Source of the DNA: Thermoproteota archaeon
Lineage (GTDB): Archaea > Korarchaeota > Korarchaeia > Korarchaeales > Korarchaeaceae
NCBI GenBank assembly: GCA_027491785.1
Contig: JAOZGJ010000040.1
Span: 630 to 64,629, forward strand
Reading direction: 5' to 3'
DNA length: 64,000 nt
Below, piece after piece: positions 18,159-27,835 of the stretch. Both the position numbers and the translations under genes were made by a program. Positions within the stretch are counted from its first letter, which is position 1. Each line of letters begins with the position of its first letter. Below the pieces are notes generated by a model, which was not told the origin of the DNA, searched no databases, and saw nothing but the letters and a program-made list of their open reading frames with translations.

Positions 18159-18266
18159 GGGCCCGTGGCTCAGACTGGATAGAGCGCCCGCCTTATATGG
18201 CGGCTCCCGCTACAAGACCGCCAGAGGAAAAGCGGGAGGCCGGGGGTTCAAGTCCCCCCGGGCCCA
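18159..18266 (+). tRNA. tRNA-Ile(TAT) with a 33-nt anticodon-loop intron
   Basis: Exon 1 ends CCCGC CT TAT A; intron about 18198-18230 forms a TGGCGG/CCGCCA stem with relaxed BHB; exon 2 begins A GCGGG. Body is nearly identical to tRNA-Ile(GAT) at 44306. Confidence 0.93.
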
Positions 18267-18490
18267 TCGCGGCCTAGTTTAATTTTCAAAAAACTCTTTC
18301 TTAGTATCTCATACCATGCGTATAGAAATACCGAAAGAATTAGGAGACCGGAGACTACCCTCAATAAAGCTATGAGTAATCCTTTGCCACTTATAGTTAT
18401 GAGTATTAGCTTTACAAAAGCAAGAGATAGGAGAATGAGAAACCAGCCGGATACGATGCCATATAGTGCGAGCAGTATTCCCCTATCCAT
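18248..18490 (-). CDS. small two-TM hypothetical membrane protein
   Basis: Two hydrophobic segments; SD GGTGA; 3' end overlaps the tRNA-Ile gene by 19 nt. Confidence 0.6.
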   Translation of the reverse strand: MDRGILLALYGIVSGWFLILLSLAFVKLILITISGKGLLIALLRVVSGLLILSVFLYAWYEILRKSFLKIKLGRDGPGGT

Positions 18491-18494
18491 TTAA

Positions 18495-19487
18495 TCACCT
18501 AGGCGTTAGTAGGAAGAACGTTAGGCAGGACAGTATTCCGGATATTAATGAGATGAGATAAGTATCTCTCACAATTTCTGGTTCCGTTTTCGGTTTATCG
18601 CTAGTAAGAATTGCAATTAAGGACATTGGAGCTTTTGGATCTGGATTAGCTCTTATCTTATCATATTCTAATGTTACAGGTCTTCTCTCTATTTCATGCC
18701 TTTCCATAAGCCCTCCAACAGAAGCTATTACCGAGAAGCCAGAAACCATGAATGGTAGGAGGGCAATACCGAAGAAAGCTTCTGTATTGGAGGTAGCAGC
18801 TATAGACGCTATTGCTGCTCCTACAAATAATGAGTTAGAATCACCACCAAAGACTTTGGCCGGATATCTATTCCTTAAGTAGTAAGGAAACATGGAAGAT
18901 AGCAAGGCTATTAGGGCTAAAATACTATCTATGCTATTCAAAGCTAGAAGGATCGGGAGAAGAGGTATTGTGGCTGTATACACTGAGGACGGGAGCATGC
19001 CATTCAGAGCATCCATCATATTCACCGCATTGGAAAAGACCGTGAACATAGCTAAGAGTATAAACCAGTATACATAGTACAACCTAGCCCTTCCTAATAG
19101 AGGAAGGTATGGCCTAGGGATGATGGCTCCAGTAGCTATGAGGGGAATAGCAGGTAAAATAAGTAAAATAGGCTTAGTTTTAGCTCCTAAAGGAGCTATA
19201 TCGTCTAATAATCCAATTAGGGAAGCTAGCCCTGATGCAGCAGCAATTCCAGCCAGTAATATCCAGTTATCGATGAGAGGAAGCAACGACATTAATGTAG
19301 TAACGAAGGCAAAAGAAACAGCAGGGCCTACAGGCTCAGGAATGGAAGGTTTTCCAATCTTATGTACATCTTTTGATAGAAGACCCTTGGAAATTAGTCT
19401 AGGAATTAATATACGTTGGAATAGCTCTGATAAGAGCGCGGGCAGCACCGCCGCAATCAGTAAGAATGGCGCTAGCATTTTTATCAT
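18495..19487 (-). CDS. polyprenyl-phosphate HexNAc-1-P transferase (AglH/GPT/MraY family), paralog A
   Basis: DVHK, GLLDD, NAVNMMDALNG and PAKVFGGDS motifs; multi-TM. Confidence 0.9.
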   Translation of the reverse strand: MIKMLAPFLLIAAVLPALLSELFQRILIPRLISKGLLSKDVHKIGKPSIPEPVGPAVSFAFVTTLMSLLPLIDNWILLAGIAAASGLASLIGLLDDIAPLGAKTKPILLILPAIPLIATGAIIPRPYLPLLGRARLYYVYWFILLAMFTVFSNAVNMMDALNGMLPSSVYTATIPLLPILLALNSIDSILALIALLSSMFPYYLRNRYPAKVFGGDSNSLFVGAAIASIAATSNTEAFFGIALLPFMVSGFSVIASVGGLMERHEIERRPVTLEYDKIRANPDPKAPMSLIAILTSDKPKTEPEIVRDTYLISLISGILSCLTFFLLTPR

Positions 19488-19516
19488 CTCCTACTTGAAA
19501 AGAGCTGATAAAAACA

Positions 19517-20461
19517 ATGCCGGCTATACTATTAACACAACTTGTCTCTGGAATAGCCGCGCTTTTCACCTTATCACTAATTACTTACAGATCTACAGAT
19601 ATTTGGATAACTATATCACATAAAAGAGGACTCTTATCGATCGACTTACATAAAATTCGTAAGACAAAGGCCGCTCGGATAGGTGGATTACCAGCCTCGC
19701 TATCGATAGTGATCTCCCCTGCCCTAATATCCCTAATTTTTAGCATAAATACCGAGATTCTTCAATTAATATCAATATTTTATTCCATGATGGGTTTAAT
19801 AGATGACTTAGTTGGTATGAGGAACTTAGAAAAAATAGTAATTTCAGGATTACCTTTCATCTTCCTCTATAGGTGGCTATCCCCCTTCTCTCCATTCACC
19901 GACATTTCCTATGCTCTTAACATAGTAGCTATAATACTATTTGGAATATACATCGCAAATGCTTTCAATACTTTGGCCGGCTTTAATGGATTAGAGGCTG
20001 GAACTTCACTTATAATATCCCTAACTCTTTCCATAATTCTCGTATTAAGGGGAGACATAGCTAGCTCATTTTTGATGTTTACCTTAGCTGGAATACTAAT
20101 ATCCTTCCTGACGTTCAACTGGATCCCTGCCAAGGCATTCCCTGGAAATACCCTGACATTCTTATTAGGTGGATACATATCTTTTATTTCAGCTATTAAG
20201 GGACTTTATTGGCCCCTAATAGTACTGACAATCCCCCATGGAACTGATTTCCTTCTGAAAATCATTAGCTGGAGAAAAACGGAAAAGAAAATACCTACTA
20301 GAGTGAGAGAAGATGAAACTCTGATACCACCACCTAATAAATCACTGGCATGGCTTTTAATTAACGTAGGAATAAAACGTGAGAAAAAATTGGTGGAAAT
20401 CATACTGGTGATCGAGCTAGCTCTTTCCTTCCTCACTCTCCTTATATATCTTCCAAGTTAA
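19517..20461 (+). CDS. AglH/GPT/MraY-family transferase, paralog B
   Basis: DLHK, GLIDD, NAFNTLAGFNGLEAG and PAKAFPGNT motifs; multi-TM. Confidence 0.88.
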   Translation: MPAILLTQLVSGIAALFTLSLITYRSTDIWITISHKRGLLSIDLHKIRKTKAARIGGLPASLSIVISPALISLIFSINTEILQLISIFYSMMGLIDDLVGMRNLEKIVISGLPFIFLYRWLSPFSPFTDISYALNIVAIILFGIYIANAFNTLAGFNGLEAGTSLIISLTLSIILVLRGDIASSFLMFTLAGILISFLTFNWIPAKAFPGNTLTFLLGGYISFISAIKGLYWPLIVLTIPHGTDFLLKIISWRKTEKKIPTRVREDETLIPPPNKSLAWLLINVGIKREKKLVEIILVIELALSFLTLLIYLPS

Positions 20462-21949
20462 CCATAGCCTCCTATTAGCTAGGACTTCATCTATCCTAGT
20501 TATTGCAGCATTCTGGGGCGCATTTAGAATTTCACTTGGCTTTTCTTTAGCTAATCTCTTTATTTCACCCATAGCATCTATATAGCCATCTATATCCCTC
20601 AAACTATCTGACTCCGTTGGTTCCATCATAAACGCTTCGTGGACTATGGGTGGGAAATATATTGTTGGTGGATGGTATCCTCTATCTATGAGAGCCTTAG
20701 CGAAATCTAGGGCCTTTATGCCATATTCCCTCCTAAAATTGGATAGAGAAAGAACAAACTCATGCTTGCATGGCCTGTTTTTTCCATAGGGAACCTCAAA
20801 TCCCATATCCATTAGCTTCTTCCTCGCATAATTCGCGTTTAGCACAGCCACACCGGATGAAATTCTCACGCCTTCGCTCCCCAATAGCTTTAGATATGCC
20901 CAAGCTTTTACTAGAACGCCCACATTTCCATAAAATGTTCTCACTTTGCCTATACTTTTAGGTAGATTATAATCTAGCCTATACATATTTCCCTCCCTTA
21001 CTATAACAGGTATTGGGAGATACTCTCTCAGTTCGTCATTAACGCCGACAGCGCCGGCTCCTGGCCCTCCCCCGCCATGTGGGGCGCTAAACGTTTTATG
21101 CATGTTAAAGTGAGCTAGATCAACTCCCATGTCCGAGAGCCTTATCCAACCCATTATAGCGTTTAGATTAGCCCCATCGTAGTACAAGTAGCTTCCGTTC
21201 TCATGTAGCATTTCCGCGACCTCGAGAATATCGCTCTCGAATATACCTAGGGTATTAGGATTTGTTATCATCATACCAGCAGTTCTCTCATTAATTGCGG
21301 CCCTAAGAGCATTTAGATCTATAGTACCTTCATCTGATGGAGGTATTCTCACAATCTTAAATCCAGCCATGGCAGCACTCGCAAAATTTGATCCATGAGC
21401 CGAATCTGGAATTATCATCTCATCTCTCCTTTCGCCTAAATCAAGAAATCTCTTCCTTATTATAAGTGCCCCAACTAACTCTCCGTGAGCACCAGCTGCT
21501 GGCTGCAATGTAAAATGAGTGAGACCTGTTATGATAGACAGCATCTTCTGAAGTTCATAGAGGATCTTCAGTATGCCTTGAGCTACTTCCTCAGGAGCGT
21601 AGGGATGGAGCTTCCTTAATTCACGATATGATGCTAGTCTCATCACTAGTTTGGGGGTATATTTCATAGTACATGATCCAAGCCAATAAGGTCCGCTATC
21701 CACCCCAAAGTTCATCTGAGCGAGGTGGTTAAAATGCCTAGCTACCTCAGGTTCCGTCAAGCCAGGTAGGTTTATATGATCCCTAATTAAGTTTCTAGGA
21801 AATATCTCCTCTAGTGCTCCTACTTCCTCGACAATCCTGTTATCAGGTTTGGCAACTATAACTCCGCCTTCTCCTATCTTACCAAGCTCAAATACTGTTG
21901 GTTCAAGTATGTTTTTACCTAATTCCCATCTGGCCTGTCTGTATTTCAT
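20417..21949 (-). CDS. gcvPB: glycine dehydrogenase (decarboxylating) subunit 2
   Basis: LGSCTMKY, QPAAGAHGE, NMHKTFSAPHGGGGPG (PLP Lys) and EPTESDS motifs. Confidence 0.97.
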   Translation of the reverse strand: MKYRQARWELGKNILEPTVFELGKIGEGGVIVAKPDNRIVEEVGALEEIFPRNLIRDHINLPGLTEPEVARHFNHLAQMNFGVDSGPYWLGSCTMKYTPKLVMRLASYRELRKLHPYAPEEVAQGILKILYELQKMLSIITGLTHFTLQPAAGAHGELVGALIIRKRFLDLGERRDEMIIPDSAHGSNFASAAMAGFKIVRIPPSDEGTIDLNALRAAINERTAGMMITNPNTLGIFESDILEVAEMLHENGSYLYYDGANLNAIMGWIRLSDMGVDLAHFNMHKTFSAPHGGGGPGAGAVGVNDELREYLPIPVIVREGNMYRLDYNLPKSIGKVRTFYGNVGVLVKAWAYLKLLGSEGVRISSGVAVLNANYARKKLMDMGFEVPYGKNRPCKHEFVLSLSNFRREYGIKALDFAKALIDRGYHPPTIYFPPIVHEAFMMEPTESDSLRDIDGYIDAMGEIKRLAKEKPSEILNAPQNAAITRIDEVLANRRLWLTWKIYKESEEGKS

Positions 21950-23358
21950 ATACACACCTCCTTCAGTGAGCTCAAGAGGAGATCGAGATCTCCCTTACTA
22001 TGCTTCTCTGTAGTTGAAAATAGAGCCAATCCTTCGATTCCTACCTCGGGAAATATGCTGTTTACATGGAATCCTCCTAAAATTCCTTTTTCTAAGAGAT
22101 GCCTGTTTACATCCTTCCAAGATTTTCTTGAGATAACCGGTATCTCTTTGAACATGTGAGATGATGAGAAAGGTACATTAAAGCATGATAAAGAGTCAAT
22201 CTTCCTCTTCAAATAGGATGTGTTATAAAGGATCTTCTCAGCTACTTTCCTTATACCATTGGGTCCTAACAGGGAGAGGTATATTGCTGCCCTTACGGCC
22301 ATAAGGGAAGTATTTGTAGTTATGTTAGATGTTGCCTCTTCCTGACGAATGTGCTGCTCCCTTGTCTGTAAAGCCATTGTATATCCTCTATATTTGCCGT
22401 CAAGAGTTTTAGTTAAGCCAATAAGTCTACCTGGAAGTTGCCTTATTTGCCTGAATTTCTTTTTTATAGCAAAAATTCCTAAGGATGGGCCTCCAAAATT
22501 CATATATCCTCCTAAAAGCTGTCCTTCACCTATCACTACATCAGCTCCTAGCTCTCCAGGAGGTTTCATTATTCCCATAAGGAAGGGATCTACACCTACC
22601 ACAAGTAGAGCACCCTTATTGTGGCATATATCAGAAATTTCTTCTATATTTTCCTCTATTATGCCGAAAAAGTTCGGAATTTCCAAATAAACCATACCAA
22701 TGGAATCATCTATGTCTGCTGAGAGTTCATCTAAAGAGACCATCCCACTCTCCTTTTCATATTTTACTTCGGAAATTTTAGCATCTAATGGCTCTACATA
22801 CGTCCTTAGGACTTTTTTCCTCTCAGGATTTATATTAGAGGCTATCAACAATCCTCTTCTCCCAGTAACCCTGATGGAGAATCTGCCAGCTTCACCAAGC
22901 GCTGACCCATAGTCATATAAGGATGAGTTAACTACATCCATACCTAACAACTCTGCCATGAGTGACTGATACTCGAAGAGCGCTTGCAAGATACCTTGGG
23001 ACACCTCTGGTTGATACGGTGTGTAGGAAGTATAAAACTCCTGTTTAGATACAAGTTCGTCGACTATCGGGGGAACGTAGTGATCGGCCATGCCTCCTCC
23101 TGTGAAAACTAGATTTACATTATAGGTCGACAACAAGTTTATATATAGAGATTCCAGCTCTGATTGATCGGAAGGGGCTCCTATATCCGGAGGCCTCTCT
23201 AAGATTAGCCTTTCAGGCACATCCGAGTAAAGATCCTTTAGGCTTGTTACCTTTAAATAATTCAACATTTTACTTAGAGAGGGCTGGGACGCATTGGGTA
23301 CCAAATCTGAGGATCCCATAGCCATCTCGATAAACATTGACATGATTATCTTAATCAT
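21946..23358 (-). CDS. gcvPA: glycine dehydrogenase subunit 1
   Basis: FYTSYTPYQPEVSQGILQALFEYQS, FGGP and LQTREQHIRQEEATSNITTN motifs; true start is likely downstream, near 23319. Confidence 0.96.
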   Translation of the reverse strand: MIKIIMSMFIEMAMGSSDLVPNASQPSLSKMLNYLKVTSLKDLYSDVPERLILERPPDIGAPSDQSELESLYINLLSTYNVNLVFTGGGMADHYVPPIVDELVSKQEFYTSYTPYQPEVSQGILQALFEYQSLMAELLGMDVVNSSLYDYGSALGEAGRFSIRVTGRRGLLIASNINPERKKVLRTYVEPLDAKISEVKYEKESGMVSLDELSADIDDSIGMVYLEIPNFFGIIEENIEEISDICHNKGALLVVGVDPFLMGIMKPPGELGADVVIGEGQLLGGYMNFGGPSLGIFAIKKKFRQIRQLPGRLIGLTKTLDGKYRGYTMALQTREQHIRQEEATSNITTNTSLMAVRAAIYLSLLGPNGIRKVAEKILYNTSYLKRKIDSLSCFNVPFSSSHMFKEIPVISRKSWKDVNRHLLEKGILGGFHVNSIFPEVGIEGLALFSTTEKHSKGDLDLLLSSLKEVCI

Positions 23359-23667
23359 ATTGCATTAGCATATTTCATCATCAGAGTGGAAATAATAGTT
23401 TCTTTATCATAAATAGCATAATATCAGGTCAATATAGATGGATAATAAAGGGTTATTGGAGAAGAGGAGAAAGGATGAGGTCGTTCAACCGTTGATCGGA
23501 ATGTAGATCATTTTACTTTTACATTACTTTTATAAGTAACCCATAAAGGTTACAATGTCTTATAAAGAGAACTACCAAAAATATTACTATCATGATCATA
23601 TCATATATCTAGAATTGTTAACTATACCTTATAGATATCCTAGATATAAATAACGTTTGGTGATCAC

Positions 23668-23829
23668 ATGGTAGTAGTATCTTTCCATATCCCTCACTCT
23701 CTCATGAGAGAGCTAGAAAGGCTTGTGCAGGAGGGTGGGTTTACAAGCAAGAGTGAAGCAATTAGGGAAGCCATAAGACTTCTCATAAGAGAATATAGGA
23801 AAAGAGGAGCGGGGGGTGTAGCATACTGA
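23668..23829 (+). CDS. cdrS: ribbon-helix-helix (CopG family) regulator, CdrS-like; missed by ORF track
   Basis: MVVVSFHIPHSLMRELERLVQEGGFTSKSEAIREAIRLLIREY...; SD GGTGA; TGATG overlap with ftsZ2. Confidence 0.88.
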   Translation: MVVVSFHIPHSLMRELERLVQEGGFTSKSEAIREAIRLLIREYRKRGAGGVAY

Positions 23830-25058
23830 TGTTCAAGGAAGTTGCCAGTTCAGACACATCTCAGGCCAGAGAGATGGTGGATCTTTTTAAGAAAATCTTT
23901 AATACTTCTATAGGAAATGAGAGTGAGCCCCATATTCCCTTAATGAATGATAATGGATCAGATATTAGCATCTCAGGTGACTCTAGTCTCCCTGAAAATT
24001 ACTCTACTGGAAATATAGTAATAGTAGGGGTCGGTGGTTGCGGCTCAAATACGGTGCATAACCTCAACAATCTAGGCGTAGAAGGCGTCAAATTGATTGC
24101 AATAAATACAGACAAAGTGCATCTAGATGGGATAAATGTCCCGAATAAGATACTTATTGGGGAAAACATCACTAACGGTTTAGGAGCTGGTGGAAGACCC
24201 GAGGTAGCGAGGGCCTGCGCAGAGCAGGATGCCCATAAAATATCCGACGCCTTAGGCAATAGACCTGATCTCGTTTTTATTGCAGCTGGTATGGGAGGTG
24301 GTACTGGTACAGGAGCAGCTCCTATCGTAGCTAAAATATCGAAAGATAAAGGCGCTAGGGTTATCGGTTTCGTAACCCTCCCTTTTAAAACAGAAGGGAG
24401 ACATAAGTATAAGATCGCTCAGGAAGGTATAAGGCAACTTAGAAAATGGGCCGATACAGTTGTGTTAATCTCTAATGATAAGTTATTACAGTTAGCAGGA
24501 GACTTTCCCATAGACAAAGCATTTGCTATGGCCGACTATACTCTCGCAATAATGGTGAAGGGCATAGCCGAGATAATTAGGAAGAGAACTATGGTCAATG
24601 TTGATTTAAATGATATAAGAATGCTTATGTCAGCAGGAGGAGTTGCTGCGGTAGGAATAGGAGAATCCAGCGATCCTAAGAGGAGATCCGAGGAGGCAGT
24701 GAGGATGGCATTGAAGAACCAACTTATAGAGATATCTCCGGATGGTGCCAGAGGGGCTTTAGTTGTCGTTTATGGAGGAAAGAACCTCAAGCTTACGGAG
24801 GTTCATCAAATAACAGAGATAGTTGCATCTAGGATGTCTAGCGATGCCATAATTAAGATAGGGGCTGATATGGATGAGCAACTTGGAGACAGCGTCAGAG
24901 TTATATTACTACTTACTGGCATAAAATCTCCGGATGTCTTAGGGCCAGAAGGATCTAGAAAAATGGAGGAGAGATGGATACCCGTCATAAATGATGGGAA
25001 TTCTAATCCTGTAGAGATCGTAGAGGAGGTACTTGGTAGGCCTCATGTACTATTCTGA
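23829..25058 (+). CDS. ftsZ: cell division protein FtsZ2
   Basis: GVGGCGSN, NTDKVHL, GGGTGTG and VNVDLNDIR motifs; directly downstream of the cdrS-like gene. Confidence 0.93.
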   Translation: MFKEVASSDTSQAREMVDLFKKIFNTSIGNESEPHIPLMNDNGSDISISGDSSLPENYSTGNIVIVGVGGCGSNTVHNLNNLGVEGVKLIAINTDKVHLDGINVPNKILIGENITNGLGAGGRPEVARACAEQDAHKISDALGNRPDLVFIAAGMGGGTGTGAAPIVAKISKDKGARVIGFVTLPFKTEGRHKYKIAQEGIRQLRKWADTVVLISNDKLLQLAGDFPIDKAFAMADYTLAIMVKGIAEIIRKRTMVNVDLNDIRMLMSAGGVAAVGIGESSDPKRRSEEAVRMALKNQLIEISPDGARGALVVVYGGKNLKLTEVHQITEIVASRMSSDAIIKIGADMDEQLGDSVRVILLLTGIKSPDVLGPEGSRKMEERWIPVINDGNSNPVEIVEEVLGRPHVLF

Positions 25059-25175
25059 ATATCTTTTCTATATTTTTCAATATTATTTTTTACAATATGT
25101 ACATGGTACATTGCTCAAATTATTAAATATGTTTCATCTATTTTCCATAATATATGCAACTACAACATATATCTC

Positions 25176-26906
25176 GTGTGTACAGGTATTTATAAATATT
25201 TTCCATATCCAAGCTTCAGAGTAGGCCAAGAAGCCTTCTTGATGGAGTTATGTGAATCTCTTAGGAGGAGAAGTATAACTTTAATAGAAGCACCAAATGG
25301 TATGGGGAAAACTTCCGCCATATTAACCGCGATCTCATATTTGTCGCAGAGAGAAGATATGAGATTTCTCTATTTAGTCAGAACGCATAGACAGATAGAC
25401 AGGGTACTGGAAGAGTGCAGTAGATTCAAAAAATTAAAAATGATTGCCTTCAGGGGGAAAAAAGAGTTGTGCTTAAACTGGAAAGTCAGATGGATAGATG
25501 ATTATCATGTGTTCAATGCTAAATGCAATGAGTTAAAGGAGAAAGGTCTTTGCCCCTTTTATAAAAACGCTCTAAATGCACCAATAGTCTCCAATAAATG
25601 TGAAGACTCTCTAAGACAAAGAGATATATATTGTCCCTATTACTTTACCCTTAAGCTGCTAAAAGAAAACAGCTATCATGCTATCGTGCTTTCATATACT
25701 TATTTGTTGGATCCTGAGCTAGGAAAACATATTAGAGAAATTCTTAAAGGAAGAAAGGTCTCTTTAATAATAGACGAAGCCCATAACCTCAAGAGACATT
25801 GGATTTATAGTTCGTTAAAGAAGGTAGACTTAGTAAAACTAAGAGATATGTTAGTGGAAGCATCTTGCGACGGAGCTAATGAAATGATCCTATCATTCCT
25901 AAAATCTGGCCTTCCATTTATCGAAATTCCCCGAGATTATCTGAGGAATATCTTAAAGGAGTGTGATATCAATAAAAATGTCTCTTGGATTGTTAAAACC
26001 TCATTAAATCAACTAATAAATGATCTTTCATCATCTTCAAGAGCTATCCTAACGAGAGATAGTATGCTGATTGTAAATCACTTGAATGATACAATAGAGG
26101 ATTTTCTGAGAGAATACGGTACATCCGTATTGATATCGGGAACATGGGGTGGGGAGAAAAGTAAGTTAGAATTCTTAGAAGATGTAAATTACTCTGAGAT
26201 CTCGGTACCTAACTGGGGGGATGTTACTGCGTTAGTGGTAAGGGATTTCACCACAAAATTCAAGAAAAGAAGCAGATCTGAGTATTATAGGCTAGCTACA
26301 GTACTAGCTGAGCTTTCAAATAAGATTTTAGGAAATATGGGAATATTTACTGCTTCTTACGACGTGCTATCTGGCCTGCTAGATGTAGGCTTCGAGCATC
26401 TCATCAAAAAAGATCTCTTCATAGAAAGAAGAGATATGAAAAATAGGGAAAATGCCTCGATGATTAGGAAATATAAAGGGAAATGTAAAGAAGGAGCAAT
26501 ATTATTAGGAGTACAGGGAGGTAGAAACAGCGAAGGAGAGGATTTTCCGGGACTTCAAATGACTACTTCTATCGTTATAGGTCTACAGATGATGAAGCCA
26601 GGTGTTGAGAAAGAAATACTCCATCTTTTATGGAAGAAATACTCTAGGTTAGACAATCCAGACCTTATATATGGATGCAGAGTTGCCATTCAAGCAGCGG
26701 CTAGGCCTATCAGGTCTCCTACTGATCTAGGTTTTATTGTATTGGCAGATAAAAGATTTAAGGCTTGTTTAAAAATGGCACCTAGTTGGTTGAGTCGGAG
26801 AAGTAAAATCGTATCATTGAAGGATATACCGGTTTTGGCCGATGAATTCTTTAGTAGTAAGCTAGGTCTCTATCCAAGGAATAGGTGCTCCAAATGGAAC
26901 TACTAA
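25176..26906 (+). CDS. xpd: XPD/Rad3-family Fe-S DNA helicase
   Basis: FPYPSFRVGQ (Q motif), APNGMGKT, four Fe-S Cys, IIDEAHN, SEGEDF and QAAARPIRSPTDLG motifs. Confidence 0.9.
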   Translation: MCTGIYKYFPYPSFRVGQEAFLMELCESLRRRSITLIEAPNGMGKTSAILTAISYLSQREDMRFLYLVRTHRQIDRVLEECSRFKKLKMIAFRGKKELCLNWKVRWIDDYHVFNAKCNELKEKGLCPFYKNALNAPIVSNKCEDSLRQRDIYCPYYFTLKLLKENSYHAIVLSYTYLLDPELGKHIREILKGRKVSLIIDEAHNLKRHWIYSSLKKVDLVKLRDMLVEASCDGANEMILSFLKSGLPFIEIPRDYLRNILKECDINKNVSWIVKTSLNQLINDLSSSSRAILTRDSMLIVNHLNDTIEDFLREYGTSVLISGTWGGEKSKLEFLEDVNYSEISVPNWGDVTALVVRDFTTKFKKRSRSEYYRLATVLAELSNKILGNMGIFTASYDVLSGLLDVGFEHLIKKDLFIERRDMKNRENASMIRKYKGKCKEGAILLGVQGGRNSEGEDFPGLQMTTSIVIGLQMMKPGVEKEILHLLWKKYSRLDNPDLIYGCRVAIQAAARPIRSPTDLGFIVLADKRFKACLKMAPSWLSRRSKIVSLKDIPVLADEFFSSKLGLYPRNRCSKWNY

Positions 26907-27343
26907 TCGCCTCTCCTTTCGCGAAGATAGGGCTAATAAGGAGGGATATAGAAAGATTATCTACAGAGGGGAGGGATGTTATGGTCTTGGCATTCGAACA
27001 ACCCACAATTAATCTGTTAGAGGATATTTCTAGAAAGGAAGGGGTTAAAGGGCCCCTCCTTATAAATTCTGTAATGGGTGATGAAATGAAATCGCTTCTT
27101 ATGTTTGCAACTCTCATAGGTAAGTATGATCTAGGTATAATTGACGAACTATATGGCGCCTATCTCGTGAGAGTGAGCTCGTCTCCAAGAGAAGAGGCGT
27201 TTAAGATTCAGAGAAAAATTATAATGCTGATTTCCCTTATAAGGTACCTTGAAAGCTTAAAGTCTTCATTAATAAAAATATATACGTCAATAAGGCCTGA
27301 AGAATGGTTTTCAAACCTTTTCGATAATATTACGATGAAGTAG
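26894..27343 (+). CDS. hypothetical protein, possibly a degenerate RecA/RadB-like fold
   Basis: Coupled to xpd with SD AGGTG; YDLGIIDELYGAY resembles a RecA Walker B plus the following helix; no Walker A. Confidence 0.55.
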   Translation: MELLIASPFAKIGLIRRDIERLSTEGRDVMVLAFEQPTINLLEDISRKEGVKGPLLINSVMGDEMKSLLMFATLIGKYDLGIIDELYGAYLVRVSSSPREEAFKIQRKIIMLISLIRYLESLKSSLIKIYTSIRPEEWFSNLFDNITMK

Positions 27344-27351
27344 GGGAGGCT

Positions 27352-27834
27352 ATGCGGGATATCTTAGCCACAATAGTATATTCAATATGGTACATACTTC
27401 CTTCTTATATAGCCAATATGTCTCCAGTTATTTTTGGAGGAGGAAAGCCGATAGACTTTAACAAGAAGTTTATAGACGGAAGGAGAATATTAGGAGATCA
27501 TAAGACTATTAGAGGCTTTATTTCTGGGGTAATACTTGGAACAATAGCTGGAATAGCCCAAGGGAGAGCTTTACAGGGCATTTTACTATCTCTAGGTGCC
27601 ATGGTAGGGGATGCCATCGGCTCTTTCATTAAGCGTAGGTTAGGAATAGAGGAAGGGGGATCCGTTCCCTTACTTGATCAGGAATGTTTTCTAGTTTTTT
27701 CCATACTATTCGCATATCCTATAGAAAGTGTGGATTTATACTCCATAATTTTTCTCCTATTTCTGACGCCCCTGCTTCACAAGGGCACTAATGTTATAGC
27801 ATACTACCTTAAATTGAAGGAGGTAAGTTATTGA
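27352..27834 (+). CDS. carS: CDP-archaeol synthase
   Basis: PSYIANMSPV, DGRRILGDHKTIRGF, GDAIGSFIKRRLG and PLLDQ motifs. Confidence 0.95.
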   Translation: MRDILATIVYSIWYILPSYIANMSPVIFGGGKPIDFNKKFIDGRRILGDHKTIRGFISGVILGTIAGIAQGRALQGILLSLGAMVGDAIGSFIKRRLGIEEGGSVPLLDQECFLVFSILFAYPIESVDLYSIIFLLFLTPLLHKGTNVIAYYLKLKEVSY

Positions 27835-27835
27835 A

